Below, piece after piece: positions 51,311 to 61,204 of a stretch of DNA of 64,000 nucleotides (the stretch's first letter is position 1; each line of letters starts with the position of its first letter). Under the pieces are notes generated by a model. It saw only the letters and a list, made by a program, of their open reading frames with translations. It did not search any database and was not told the DNA's origin. Source of the stretch: Promethearchaeota archaeon (GTDB lineage Archaea; Asgardarchaeota; Lokiarchaeia; Sigyniarchaeales; SOKP01); assembly GCA_019894975.1 (NCBI GenBank), contig JAGXNO010000009.1, positions 19,644 to 83,643 on the forward strand, in the 5' to 3' direction. A program made the position numbers and the translations under genes.

Positions 51311-52363
51311 TTATTTTAAATAAGAATGAGTTTTTTTCAAATTTTTTTCTGCAGCTGTAATTATGGTACCAATAATATCAGATACCGATTCTATTTTGTT
51401 AATAGCTCCAATACTCTGTCCTAAAGGAACAGCCCCATCGTTTATATTGCCTTGGTAAGCCATCTCGTATTTTTCTGCTACTTCATTAGCCCCCTCTAAA
51501 GTCATTGCTGCTTCTTGAGCCATTTTTTCTTCTTTATTCGCCACCAGCTCATGATGGGTTGAATACTCATTTTTCCATAAACGAATAAATCCTAATGCAC
51601 CAGTAGTTAATACAGTATCCTGAGCTTTCGCAGGAGGAACTATATTTTTATAAGAATCATGAAATTCACTTTCTTTAGATGCTATAAATCGAGAGCCCAT
51701 CGCAACAGCTCCAGCACCCATCGCTAAAGCAGCTGCTAAACTTTGACCTGTTGCAAATCCTCCACATGCTACAATAGGAAAATCGGGATATTTTTGTATA
51801 GCTTGTTGAAGTAAAACTAGACTACTCACTCTTTCGTATGATTGATGTCCTCCGCCTTCACCACCAGTAATCACCAAACCATCTACTCCGGAGGCAACAC
51901 ATTTATCTGCAAGCCATAGTGCGGGAGCAACATGGAAGTGTTTAATGTTTGAACCGCCTTCCTTTAATTTTTGGAAAGATTTTGATTGAGGTAACATCCT
52001 TGAAGATCCTGCACTAGTTACAGCATATACGCACTGTTCTCGAATCCTTTGATTTTCCAATATGAATTTTGGGATTTCTTTACAAATCCTCGAGCCACTT
52101 TGCTCAGTTCGGGAAGTCCTGATGTTAAGTCCAAAAGGTTTATCCGTCTGTTCAACTACTTTTAGCATATTCTCTTTCATTATTTCTGTAGGAAATCTTC
52201 GAGCTTGGAATTCACTAAGTAAACCAGTATGGCTTAACACTCCTAATCCCCCAGCTTCTGAAACTGCTATAGTTAGTTCAGTAGTAAAAAATGGACCCAT
52301 TGGAGCAGCAATTATAGGATGCTTAATACCAAGCATCTTAGTTATATTTGTCTCAATAACCAT
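51311..52363 (-). CDS. Nitronate monooxygenase / FabK-like flavoprotein (paralog 3, close to 36707-37759)
   Basis: Near-identical N-terminus ETNITKMLGIKHPIIAAPMGPF and motif HFHVAPALWLADKCVAS. Confidence 0.88.
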   Translation of the reverse strand: MVIETNITKMLGIKHPIIAAPMGPFFTTELTIAVSEAGGLGVLSHTGLLSEFQARRFPTEIMKENMLKVVEQTDKPFGLNIRTSRTEQSGSRICKEIPKFILENQRIREQCVYAVTSAGSSRMLPQSKSFQKLKEGGSNIKHFHVAPALWLADKCVASGVDGLVITGGEGGGHQSYERVSSLVLLQQAIQKYPDFPIVACGGFATGQSLAAALAMGAGAVAMGSRFIASKESEFHDSYKNIVPPAKAQDTVLTTGALGFIRLWKNEYSTHHELVANKEEKMAQEAAMTLEGANEVAEKYEMAYQGNINDGAVPLGQSIGAINKIESVSDIIGTIITAAEKNLKKTHSYLK

Positions 52364-52428
52364 TTTTAATCATTTTGATTGTTTGATATTTATTATTACA
52401 ATTCTTGCGATTACTTAAAGTCTTATAC

Positions 52429-53586
52429 CTAATAAATATCTCCGTAATCTTGTATCGCTTTAAAGAGAGTGACGATATTTTCAGGAGGTTGATCTAATAG
52501 GAAGTTGGTAGGACCGGGAATGAAACCCCCTTTTTTTCCTAATGCTTTGATATTTTGTTTCATAAAGTTTCTAATGAATGCAGGAGATTCATATTTTAAC
52601 ATTTCTGAATCATCAACAGCACCAATCAAAGTTATTTCAGGATATTTTTCTCTATACATTTGAAGATCGTTATTTTTTGGTTTTAAAGATTCAACCCCAT
52701 CAATACCAATTTCCACAAAGTCTGGGAAAATCTCACCGATATTACCACAACTATGGATAACAAACTTCGCACCCCCATCATGGGCATATTTTACATATTC
52801 TGCTAATTTTGGTTTTATATATTTACGCCAATTTCTAACATTCATTTGGAGACCTGCATTGAAACCATAATCATCACCGCACATGACAATATCTGGTTTT
52901 TGATCCATTAACAACTTTAATGAAGGTTCTTCAAATGTTTCCCATTGGAAATCTATATGTTGCTGAAGAAAACTGGGTTCTTTTCGAGCAAAACGAGAAA
53001 AATTAGCGAGTCCAATGCCAAATACACAGTTTTCAAATGGACCAGAAATCCCTTGTGAAACAACCACATCATATTTTTCCAACATCATTTTTCTAATACG
53101 GGATAAATGTCGAAAAGCAGCGGAATTTGGTTTCAGATTTTTTTCCTTTTCCCAATATTCTTCAATGTGTTCCTTTTTTAAAAGTGCTGGTCCCGTATAC
53201 CAAAAGTGTGGTATTCCATCTTCTTTTACAACTGCATCAAATGTACCACCAACGTTACTTAAGACCTGGTCAGTAAAGCTTAATTTTATATTTCTTCCCC
53301 CAGTTGTGCTCCAACACATGTCGATCTTTGCATCAAGACCACCAGGAAATATTTCGGGAGGTGAAAATTTAGCAACTATCGAGTGAATAAAAGGAATCAT
53401 AAAAGAAACTCTATCTTTTTCTAAATAGTCTATTTCTTCTTCCGTAAGTTTATAGGGAGAATTCATAAATTTGTATACAAAATCACAATCTCCGCCTAAA
53501 ATAAAGCTAGGAACGCGATCTGGAATATTTCCCTCCAAAACTGTTGTTATTCTTTCAAGTGCTGACATTTTTTGAACTTTAGTCAT
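52429..53586 (-). CDS. Uroporphyrinogen decarboxylase / corrinoid methyltransferase (URO-D) superfamily protein
   Basis: MSALERI...PDRVP, GPFE, GDDYG, IHSCGNI, GGFIPGP. ATG 53586 preferred. Confidence 0.82.
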   Translation of the reverse strand: MTKVQKMSALERITTVLEGNIPDRVPSFILGGDCDFVYKFMNSPYKLTEEEIDYLEKDRVSFMIPFIHSIVAKFSPPEIFPGGLDAKIDMCWSTTGGRNIKLSFTDQVLSNVGGTFDAVVKEDGIPHFWYTGPALLKKEHIEEYWEKEKNLKPNSAAFRHLSRIRKMMLEKYDVVVSQGISGPFENCVFGIGLANFSRFARKEPSFLQQHIDFQWETFEEPSLKLLMDQKPDIVMCGDDYGFNAGLQMNVRNWRKYIKPKLAEYVKYAHDGGAKFVIHSCGNIGEIFPDFVEIGIDGVESLKPKNNDLQMYREKYPEITLIGAVDDSEMLKYESPAFIRNFMKQNIKALGKKGGFIPGPTNFLLDQPPENIVTLFKAIQDYGDIY

Positions 53587-53602
53587 AATTAATTCCCCCT
53601 TT

Positions 53603-53959
53603 TTAAGACATAACTCTAAGTATACTTGAAAAAAAAGCAGATTCATTTTTCATTTTGACTTTCTGCTCCTCAATACCTTTCATTAAGGTAGAGGGGCCTC
53701 CAAATACATAGCTTTGTGGAGCTGCAAAATAACCGTCACAATCAATCTCTTCTAATTCTGAAATTTCCTTTACATGATCTAGTTTTTCCATTTCAAAGTT
53801 TCCATTATGAATATTAATCATAATAGCAGGTGGTTGATCGGTTATATATACCACGAACTTAAACGGTTCCTGAAAATCTTTCTTTAATCTATCAAATATC
53901 TGACGCCTCCACAAACCTGAATATATTAAGGCGGGGATTCCTCTAAACTTTGCACACAC
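53603..53959 (-). CDS. Hypothetical protein, possible SCP2 sterol/lipid-carrier fold
   Basis: FVVYITD..PAIMINIHNG..CDGYFAA...GIEEQKVKMK resembles SCP2 topology. Confidence 0.55.
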   Translation of the reverse strand: MCAKFRGIPALIYSGLWRRQIFDRLKKDFQEPFKFVVYITDQPPAIMINIHNGNFEMEKLDHVKEISELEEIDCDGYFAAPQSYVFGGPSTLMKGIEEQKVKMKNESAFFSSILRVMS

Positions 53960-53966
53960 TTCAGCA

Positions 53967-54803
53967 TCACTCTAGCGGGTAAAACTCAGGTAAGTCTCCT
54001 GGTACTTTCAATTTCCACTCAGGTCTTCTTTTTTGAAGAAAAGACACTACCCCCTCTCGGGCATCTGGTTGTAACCCCGTCCATGTAAAATACCGGTGGT
54101 TTATCAATTCAGCCTTATTTACATCTGTTTCAGTGAGAAATTGGTAAAGCATGGTTTTCGTAAGAGCAACACTCACAGGTGCACATAATAATATTTCATC
54201 TGCGATTTCTCTAGCGACATCCATTAATTTGTCATCTGGTACAACTCGACTGACAAGACCAAATTCTAATGATTCCTGAGCATTTAAAATTCTCCCGGTA
54301 TACATTAGTTCAGCAGCACGACTTACTCCAACGATCCTAGGTAATAACCAGGGACAGGCAATTTCAGGTATAACTCCACGCCGATTAAAGACAATTCCTA
54401 TACGTGCACTTTCGGATGCGATTCGAATGTCAAAAGGTAGAATAAATGTGACACCCACTCCGACAGTAGGACCATTAATCGCAACTATTACAGGTTTCTT
54501 CAATGAAAAATATCTTTTAATTGCGCCTCCTTGAGCTCTAGCTCTTTGTTGTTGTTCCTCACGCGGTCGTTCAGTCCCATCAAATGTCGTTGCACCTCTT
54601 GATAAATCCGCACCAGCACAAAATCCTCTTCCAGCACCAGTCATTATCGTAACCCGTAGGTTAGGATCATTTTCTACTTTCATAAGTGCATCCCATATCT
54701 CCATACTCATTTGCCACGTCCAAGCATTCAGACGTTCTGGTCTATTTAGAGTAATTGTAGCAATCTTTTCTGAAGTTTCAAAAATTATTTGTTCATAATC
54801 CAT
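53967..54803 (-). CDS. Enoyl-CoA hydratase/isomerase (crotonase) family
   Basis: TLNRPERLNA, FCAGADL, KPVIVAING. Confidence 0.92.
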   Translation of the reverse strand: MDYEQIIFETSEKIATITLNRPERLNAWTWQMSMEIWDALMKVENDPNLRVTIMTGAGRGFCAGADLSRGATTFDGTERPREEQQQRARAQGGAIKRYFSLKKPVIVAINGPTVGVGVTFILPFDIRIASESARIGIVFNRRGVIPEIACPWLLPRIVGVSRAAELMYTGRILNAQESLEFGLVSRVVPDDKLMDVAREIADEILLCAPVSVALTKTMLYQFLTETDVNKAELINHRYFTWTGLQPDAREGVVSFLQKRRPEWKLKVPGDLPEFYPLE

Positions 54804-54901
54804 AATTATACATACCTCCTTTAATAGAAAAAATAAATTTTTTTATATAAAATAGTTTTAACTTTTCTTTTTGATAAAATTATTATATAGTTTTATGGTT
54901 T

Positions 54902-55660
54902 TTATTCTCTACTTCTCCCAGGAATAAATCTGGTGTACCTATTCATCTGCCCATAGTACTCAAACAAAGCATCAATACCTCGCATTTTAAGATCAGTATT
55001 CATAGCAAGTTTATTATGTAAAGCCCCCCAAGCGGGTATTTTGGCAATTTCGTCTGCTAATTTATCCACTTCTTCATCAAGTTTATCTCTAGGGACACTT
55101 ATACTCACAAGACCCATATCTGCTGCCTCTATTCCTGAAATTTTTCTTCCACTCATTAATAAGTATCGTGCTTTTTTAACGCCTAAGTAAAATTGCCAAA
55201 GTGGTAAGCTTTGTGAACCACCCCATAATTGAGCTGGATGTCCTAGTATGGCATCTTCAGCAGCAACCGATATATCACAGCAGAGTTGAAGATAACATCC
55301 CGCATCAGTACAATTACCATGAATTTGAGCAATAGTTACCTTTGGAAAATTAAATATACGCGGATACTTCGCATATATTTTTTTACGTAGTATATCATAC
55401 GAATTCTTGTATTTCCAACCACCTTCAGGGGGAGTTAAATAGTATGAACCTTTTAAATCAAAACCAGAGCAAAAACTTTTACCTGCTCCTTTTAAAACGA
55501 TAACATTTACATCATCATCTGCTTCTGCATGATCAAAAACGGCATCTATATCGTCAAGGAGCTGATAACTTAATGCATTATGTTTTTCAGGTCTGTTTAA
55601 TGTTATATACCCAACTTTGGTTTCCTTATTACTTTCATAAATAACGGTTTCAAATTCCAT
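54902..55660 (-). CDS. Enoyl-CoA hydratase/isomerase family (atypical active site)
   Basis: TLNRPEKHNAL, FCSGFDL, PKVTIAQIHG. Confidence 0.9.
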   Translation of the reverse strand: MEFETVIYESNKETKVGYITLNRPEKHNALSYQLLDDIDAVFDHAEADDDVNVIVLKGAGKSFCSGFDLKGSYYLTPPEGGWKYKNSYDILRKKIYAKYPRIFNFPKVTIAQIHGNCTDAGCYLQLCCDISVAAEDAILGHPAQLWGGSQSLPLWQFYLGVKKARYLLMSGRKISGIEAADMGLVSISVPRDKLDEEVDKLADEIAKIPAWGALHNKLAMNTDLKMRGIDALFEYYGQMNRYTRFIPGRSRE

Positions 55661-55896
55661 CTTTTCACCTTTTATTTTTTTTTGTTATTAACTGATTTTA
55701 TTTCCCAAAATATTTAAAAGTTTAATTCTCACTTTTTTTTAGAGTTTCTAACTTTTATATCGGAATTATATATTGAGATAAGTCTTAATATAAAGTGAGT
55801 TAATATTGAGCTAAATCACAAGTATTATATTTTACCATAATTAAATACAATTTAATATAAACCTACAAAATTTTTGAAAAGAAGGGAAAGATAGAA

Positions 55897-56757
55897 ATGT
55901 GTAATACATGCTTCACACACGGCACAGGAAAAGCCTGGTTCAAGGATGCCAAGAGGTATGCTCGATTCATGTATCATCGAAATCGTGTAGATTTAGCGAA
56001 AAAAAATACAAACCGTATAAGCGGAGGAACTGCGGCTATTGAAGCTGCTGCAGGTCCGCTTATAGCTCAAGCAATAGACGCGTATAATCTTAAGGATGAA
56101 AGATTTCCTGATCTTTTGCGAGCTGCAAATCGGTTGCATACTAAAGTTCAGGGAGCTCAAACACTTACACTTCAGGATTCGTTAGATTTAATAGATATCA
56201 GTTCACCAATTTGCTTTATTCATTGTGAATGTAGAAAATTCAAATTTGGATATGTAGAAAGAGATCGCTCGAAAATGACATGCTTAGGTCTTGGTATTGG
56301 AATGTATAGATGGGAAAAGACTCCAGCGCGGTATGTTGCGGGGGCAGAATGGGTAGATCATGATGAGGCTCGAGAATGGGTTATTAAATGGAATAAAAAA
56401 GGATTGGTTCAAAACTTAATGAACTTTGGTGAATATAATGGTGGACCTTGGATTGGTGGCTTATGTAATTGCTCAAGACCTGATTGTGCATCAATTGAAA
56501 TGAGATTACGATATGGGGAAAAACAGTTAATAAAAGGTGAACGAGTTGCAATTCATAATATGGAAAAATGTACAGGATGCTTTAAGTGTGTTCAAAGATG
56601 CCAATTTGGAGCGATAGCTGCAGATATTCGACAAAAAAGGGTGCAAATTGATGCTCAGATGTGTTTTGGATGTGGACTTTGTGAAAGTGTTTGCGATTTT
56701 GATGCTATTGAGTTATACGATAGGAGAGATTTCCCTATTCTAAGATATGATTGGTAA
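55897..56757 (+). CDS. 4Fe-4S binding protein
   Basis: MCNTC, CECR, LCNC..PDC, CTGCFKCVQRC, CFGCGLCESVC. Confidence 0.88.
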   Translation: MCNTCFTHGTGKAWFKDAKRYARFMYHRNRVDLAKKNTNRISGGTAAIEAAAGPLIAQAIDAYNLKDERFPDLLRAANRLHTKVQGAQTLTLQDSLDLIDISSPICFIHCECRKFKFGYVERDRSKMTCLGLGIGMYRWEKTPARYVAGAEWVDHDEAREWVIKWNKKGLVQNLMNFGEYNGGPWIGGLCNCSRPDCASIEMRLRYGEKQLIKGERVAIHNMEKCTGCFKCVQRCQFGAIAADIRQKRVQIDAQMCFGCGLCESVCDFDAIELYDRRDFPILRYDW

Positions 56758-56768
56758 AAGGTGATTAT

Positions 56769-57176
56769 ATGGCAATACAAATAAAAAATTTGGATATTCC
56801 TACTATAAGAGTTAAAGTAGATAGGGAAAAATGTCAATTACCAATGGTTTGTGAGTATAAATGCTATACAAAATGTGCTCAGCAAGTGTTTCATGTTCAT
56901 TCCTATCCAAATGTGTCAGGAAGGTTTATGAAACCAGATCCAAATAGTCCAAAACATTATTTAGTGACTGGATCTGCTGCACCTAAATGTATCGGTTGTA
57001 TGGAATGTACTAAATATTGTCCTGAAGATGCGATAACTATTGAGATCACTCTTCCTGAAGTAAAAGAAGGAGATCATCCCTATAAACATCCATTCGAATC
57101 ATTAAAAGTTGCAATGGAAAACCAAAAACAAATTGAAAAATTAGATTCGATATTTAAGGGGTTGAAAAAATTATGA
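56769..57176 (+). CDS. Ferredoxin-like 4Fe-4S protein
   Basis: CQLPMVCEYKCYTKC and CIGCMECTKYCP. Confidence 0.85.
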   Translation: MAIQIKNLDIPTIRVKVDREKCQLPMVCEYKCYTKCAQQVFHVHSYPNVSGRFMKPDPNSPKHYLVTGSAAPKCIGCMECTKYCPEDAITIEITLPEVKEGDHPYKHPFESLKVAMENQKQIEKLDSIFKGLKKL

Positions 57177-57718
57177 TGCAACCAAAATATGAATATAATC
57201 TCCCTGAAGAGCTCTTCAAAACTATTGAAGAAGAATTTGGGGGAAATATAATTGCCGAGAAATATCTCGAATCAAAGGATATTTCAGTTTTTGAGGAATG
57301 GGGAAAAAATCTGATGGAAAAAACTTATGAGCTAGGGACAAAACCCGAATTCGTTGACCATACTTATGAAATGATTAAATTTGTTGATGATGAAACTGGT
57401 GAAGGAAGATTTCCCCATGAGGCTCAACGATTTATCGAAATTGCTTGTCTTTCAATTCACTTGATAAGTGTTTTATTAATCCAAACGGCTTATAATAAAG
57501 AATTGAGTTTTTCTATAGTAGAAGGATCTTGTACGGTTCATAACAAGCTAAAAGAAGGATTATCTGAAGACGAATTGAAAACATTACCTTGTAAAGGTGG
57601 GTGCCTAACTACTTGGAAAACTATTTTTAACATCCTTAAAATGGATGATGTTGAGGTTAGTCAAACTCAAGAAATACCCCGTGATGGGATGTGTACTTTC
57701 TTAGCTCTTAAAAAATAG
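57173..57718 (+). CDS. Hypothetical protein with V4R-like Cys motifs
   Basis: CTVH...LPCKGGCL...MCTF. Overlaps the upstream stop (ATGA). Confidence 0.65.
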   Translation: MMQPKYEYNLPEELFKTIEEEFGGNIIAEKYLESKDISVFEEWGKNLMEKTYELGTKPEFVDHTYEMIKFVDDETGEGRFPHEAQRFIEIACLSIHLISVLLIQTAYNKELSFSIVEGSCTVHNKLKEGLSEDELKTLPCKGGCLTTWKTIFNILKMDDVEVSQTQEIPRDGMCTFLALKK

Positions 57719-57796
57719 TAACCTAAATTTTTTTTACTCTCATATTTTATAATTCTAATACTATAAAATTTTGTTAATAACATAAAGTGAAATTGA

Positions 57797-59458
57797 ATGA
57801 AATATCGAAAAATGGGATCTTTAGATTGGGAAGTCTCTGCTCTTGGATTTGGGGCAATGAGAATGCCTTTAAATAGTGATTCAAGTGTTAATGAAGAAGA
57901 AGTAATTAAAATGATTCGCTATGCTATCGATAATGGGGTGAATTATATTGATACTGCATTTCCATATCACAACGAATTGAGTGAAGTAATCGTCGGAAAG
58001 GCATTACAGGATGGGTATCGTGAGAAAATAAAATTGGTAACTAAGTTACCCATGGGTCGAGTAACCAAAACAGAGGATTTTGATAGACTTTTAAATATTC
58101 AACTGAAAAAGCTACAAACTGATTATGTAGATATTTATATCTTTCATGGATTAAGTAAACCGACTTTTGAATTAGTAAAAAAGTTGGATTTAATTAAAAA
58201 GATGGAAGAAGCTAAGTCTAATGGAAAAATTAAAGGAATTGGGTTTTCTTTTCATGACTCTTATGTTGTTTTTAAAGAAATAATCGACTATTATAATTGG
58301 GATATGGCCCAAATTCAATGGAATTTCGTTGACCACAACACTCAAGCAACCACTAAAGGATTGGAATATGCAGCTAGCAAGGGTATTGCAGTTGTTGTGA
58401 TGGAGCCTATTAAAGGAGGGAAATTAGCAAACCCTTCAAAAGAAATAGAGGAAATAATCGAAAGTGCTCCGAATAAGAGAACTCCCGCAGATTGGGCACT
58501 TCAATATGTATGGAATCATCCTGACGTTTCTGTGGTATTGTCTGGGATGAGCACATTTGACCAAGTTAAAGAAAATATTGAGAGCGCAAATACTTCGGGA
58601 ATAAATAAACTCACTCAAGAAGAATTGAAAATAATTTCTGATATGGCAATCCGTTATAGAAAAAAATCTGTTATTCCTTGTACATTTTGCGAATACTGTC
58701 AACCATGTCCATCAGGAGTTAATATTCCTCAGAATTTTAGGTTACTAAATGGACTTCTATGGGTTGAAAATAAAGGGGAGCAGATAGCAAAATATGGGTC
58801 ATTAGCTAAATCTGAAGAGGAGTTAAAAACAATGGAAGATAATGGAAATGCTTCATTATGTGTGAAGTGTGGAGAATGTATAGAAAAGTGTCCTCAAATG
58901 ATTGATATTCCAAATGAACTGGAAAAAGTACATAAGGTTTTAGATGAGGAACAAGAAATATCAAGTGTCTTTAATTTATTTATAAGAGGACCTGCTTATG
59001 TGGATAAAGAAAAATTCCAGATCATCGGTGTTGAAAATATAGGTAAACCCGAAACTCGTAACCAAGGAACTGTATGGGCAAAGTTTCAAGCTTTAGCATC
59101 ACAAGTACCAAATAAGGATCAATCCCATGGCTTGGGAATTTATATGACTACACAAGAACTCATGGAAAAAGGCGAAAATCGCTATATTGTGGGTAATGAA
59201 ATATCTCAAATTGATGATGTGCCTGAGGGAATGATAATTGAAACAATTCCTAGCCAAAAGTATGCTGTATTTACACTCATTGGATCATTAAGAAACATAC
59301 AAAAAACCCATCGATATATTAATGAAGATTGGCTTCTTAACAATCCAAGATATGAACGTGTCCCATTCGGTGCAGAATTTGAATGGTATGACGCAAGATT
59401 CAGTATGGTTTCTGAAGACTCTGAATTAGATCTTTATATTCCAATCCAAGAAAAATAG
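57797..59458 (+). CDS. Aldo/keto reductase with 4Fe-4S dicluster and C-terminal GyrI-like domain
   Basis: SALGFGAMR, NYIDTA.PY, VMEPIKGG, CTFCEYCQPCP, CVKCGECIEKCP. Tail with YAVFT...FEWYD...DLYIPI. Confidence 0.88.
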   Translation: MKYRKMGSLDWEVSALGFGAMRMPLNSDSSVNEEEVIKMIRYAIDNGVNYIDTAFPYHNELSEVIVGKALQDGYREKIKLVTKLPMGRVTKTEDFDRLLNIQLKKLQTDYVDIYIFHGLSKPTFELVKKLDLIKKMEEAKSNGKIKGIGFSFHDSYVVFKEIIDYYNWDMAQIQWNFVDHNTQATTKGLEYAASKGIAVVVMEPIKGGKLANPSKEIEEIIESAPNKRTPADWALQYVWNHPDVSVVLSGMSTFDQVKENIESANTSGINKLTQEELKIISDMAIRYRKKSVIPCTFCEYCQPCPSGVNIPQNFRLLNGLLWVENKGEQIAKYGSLAKSEEELKTMEDNGNASLCVKCGECIEKCPQMIDIPNELEKVHKVLDEEQEISSVFNLFIRGPAYVDKEKFQIIGVENIGKPETRNQGTVWAKFQALASQVPNKDQSHGLGIYMTTQELMEKGENRYIVGNEISQIDDVPEGMIIETIPSQKYAVFTLIGSLRNIQKTHRYINEDWLLNNPRYERVPFGAEFEWYDARFSMVSEDSELDLYIPIQEK

Positions 59459-59485
59459 ATTCAAAAAAATATTTTTTATTATTAT

Positions 59486-60277
59486 TTATTCTCCTTTCCA
59501 AACAGGTTTTCTTTTTTCTGCAAATGCTTTCGGACCTTCTCTGAAATCATGAGACTGCATAAATTTAGTAAACAGTGGAAAACTTGCAAAAAGAGCTTCT
59601 TTTAACGTCATTTGAAGTCCGTCAATTGCCATTTGTTTTATTGTTCGAACTGCTAAAGGTGAACCTTCCATTATAAGATTAGCTATTTTTTCCGCTTCTT
59701 CTAATAATTGATCGAATGGGACTACTTTTTTTACAAAACCAAGCTCTACTCCTTCTCGAGCAGTCATTCGTTTACGAGTTAGAAGTATATCCATTGCTGT
59801 ATGGTATGGTAAGTATCTTACCAATCGATGGATTCCCCCTCCTGAAGGTATTCTTCCTACCATCGGTTCAGGCAAGCAAAAAGTAGCGTTTTCAGCAGCA
59901 ATAAGGAGGTCACAGCTCAATGCTAATTCAAATCCTCCACCAAATGCAAGACCATTAACCGCAGCAATTAACGGTTTTGTAAGTCTAAAATTTCTTATGA
60001 GGTAACCACCTTGAATTCTAACTTTTTCATAGGCTTCTCTTTGTTCTTCTGAACTAGCAGTAGCACCCCATTTTAAATCAAATCCTGCTGAAAATGCTCT
60101 CTCTCCTTCCCCTGTTAAAATGGCAACCCACATATTTGGATCATCCTCAAATTCATTGAACACGTGCCCAAGTTCTAATTGGATATAAGGGTGAAGTGCG
60201 TTTAACACTTCTGGTCGATTAAGGCGTACGATCAGAAGGTGTTCTTTTCTTTCGACTATTATATGTTTATAATCCAT
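59486..60277 (-). CDS. Enoyl-CoA hydratase (CaiD-like), tandem paralog
   Basis: FSAGFDL, GGGFELAL, LPEPMVG, EGPKAFAEKRKP. Confidence 0.92.
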   Translation of the reverse strand: MDYKHIIVERKEHLLIVRLNRPEVLNALHPYIQLELGHVFNEFEDDPNMWVAILTGEGERAFSAGFDLKWGATASSEEQREAYEKVRIQGGYLIRNFRLTKPLIAAVNGLAFGGGFELALSCDLLIAAENATFCLPEPMVGRIPSGGGIHRLVRYLPYHTAMDILLTRKRMTAREGVELGFVKKVVPFDQLLEEAEKIANLIMEGSPLAVRTIKQMAIDGLQMTLKEALFASFPLFTKFMQSHDFREGPKAFAEKRKPVWKGE

Positions 60278-60311
60278 AATCTTTCAATTCCTTTTTTTAC
60301 TCCTTTCTAAC

Positions 60312-61109
60312 TTAGACTCCTTTCCATTTAGGTTTTCGTTTTTCTGAGAAAGCTCTAGGGCCTTCAATAAAATCTTGAGATTGAGTAAATTTCCTATAGA
60401 GAGGAAACAATGTAGAGAATGCTTTTCTCAGAGTCATTTCTAATCCATCATTAACCATTTGTTTAATCGCTCGAATAGCTAATGGTGATCCCTCCATTAT
60501 AACATTTGCCATTTTCTCTGCTTCAACCATTAATTGGTCTAAAGGAACTACTTTATTCACAAAACCAAGTTCAACTCCTTCTTGAGCAGAAATCCGCTTA
60601 TATGTAAAGAGGATTTCCATCGCGAGATGAAAAGGGATTTGTCTCGATAATCTATGAACACCTCCTTCAGTAGGGACTCGGCCTACTAAAGGTTCTGGCA
60701 GAGAAAATACAGCATGCTCTGCAGCAATGATAAGATCACAACCTAATGCAAGTTCAAATCCACCACCAAAGGCGAAGCCATTTACCGCTGCAATAACGGG
60801 TTTAGTAATATTAGGATTAAATGTTAACCCTCCAGTTACAGCTTTATATTTAAGTTTACCAAAGGCTTCTCTTTGTTCTTCAGGACTAGCTGTGGCACCC
60901 CATTTCAAATCAAAACCCGCTGAAAAAGCTTTATCACCAACTCCGGTTACAATGGCAACCCAGGCATTTGAATCATTTTCAAACTCATTAAATACATCTT
61001 CTAACTCAACGCTTACATACGGGTTAATAGCATTTCTTACTTCTGGTCTATTAAGGCATATAATTGTTATATGTTCTTTCTTTTCCACAATAATATATTT
61101 ATATTCCAT
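60312..61109 (-). CDS. Enoyl-CoA hydratase (CaiD-like), tandem paralog
   Basis: FSAGFDL, GGGFELAL, LPEPLVG, EGPRAFSEKRKP. Confidence 0.92.
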   Translation of the reverse strand: MEYKYIIVEKKEHITIICLNRPEVRNAINPYVSVELEDVFNEFENDSNAWVAIVTGVGDKAFSAGFDLKWGATASPEEQREAFGKLKYKAVTGGLTFNPNITKPVIAAVNGFAFGGGFELALGCDLIIAAEHAVFSLPEPLVGRVPTEGGVHRLSRQIPFHLAMEILFTYKRISAQEGVELGFVNKVVPLDQLMVEAEKMANVIMEGSPLAIRAIKQMVNDGLEMTLRKAFSTLFPLYRKFTQSQDFIEGPRAFSEKRKPKWKGV

Positions 61110-61204
61110 TTTACTTTCTACTCTATTGATTTTTAAAACATCTAAGTATAATAGAAAAAATATATTAAATTTTCTGAAAAAAAGAAAATTAAAATAAATA
61201 ATAA

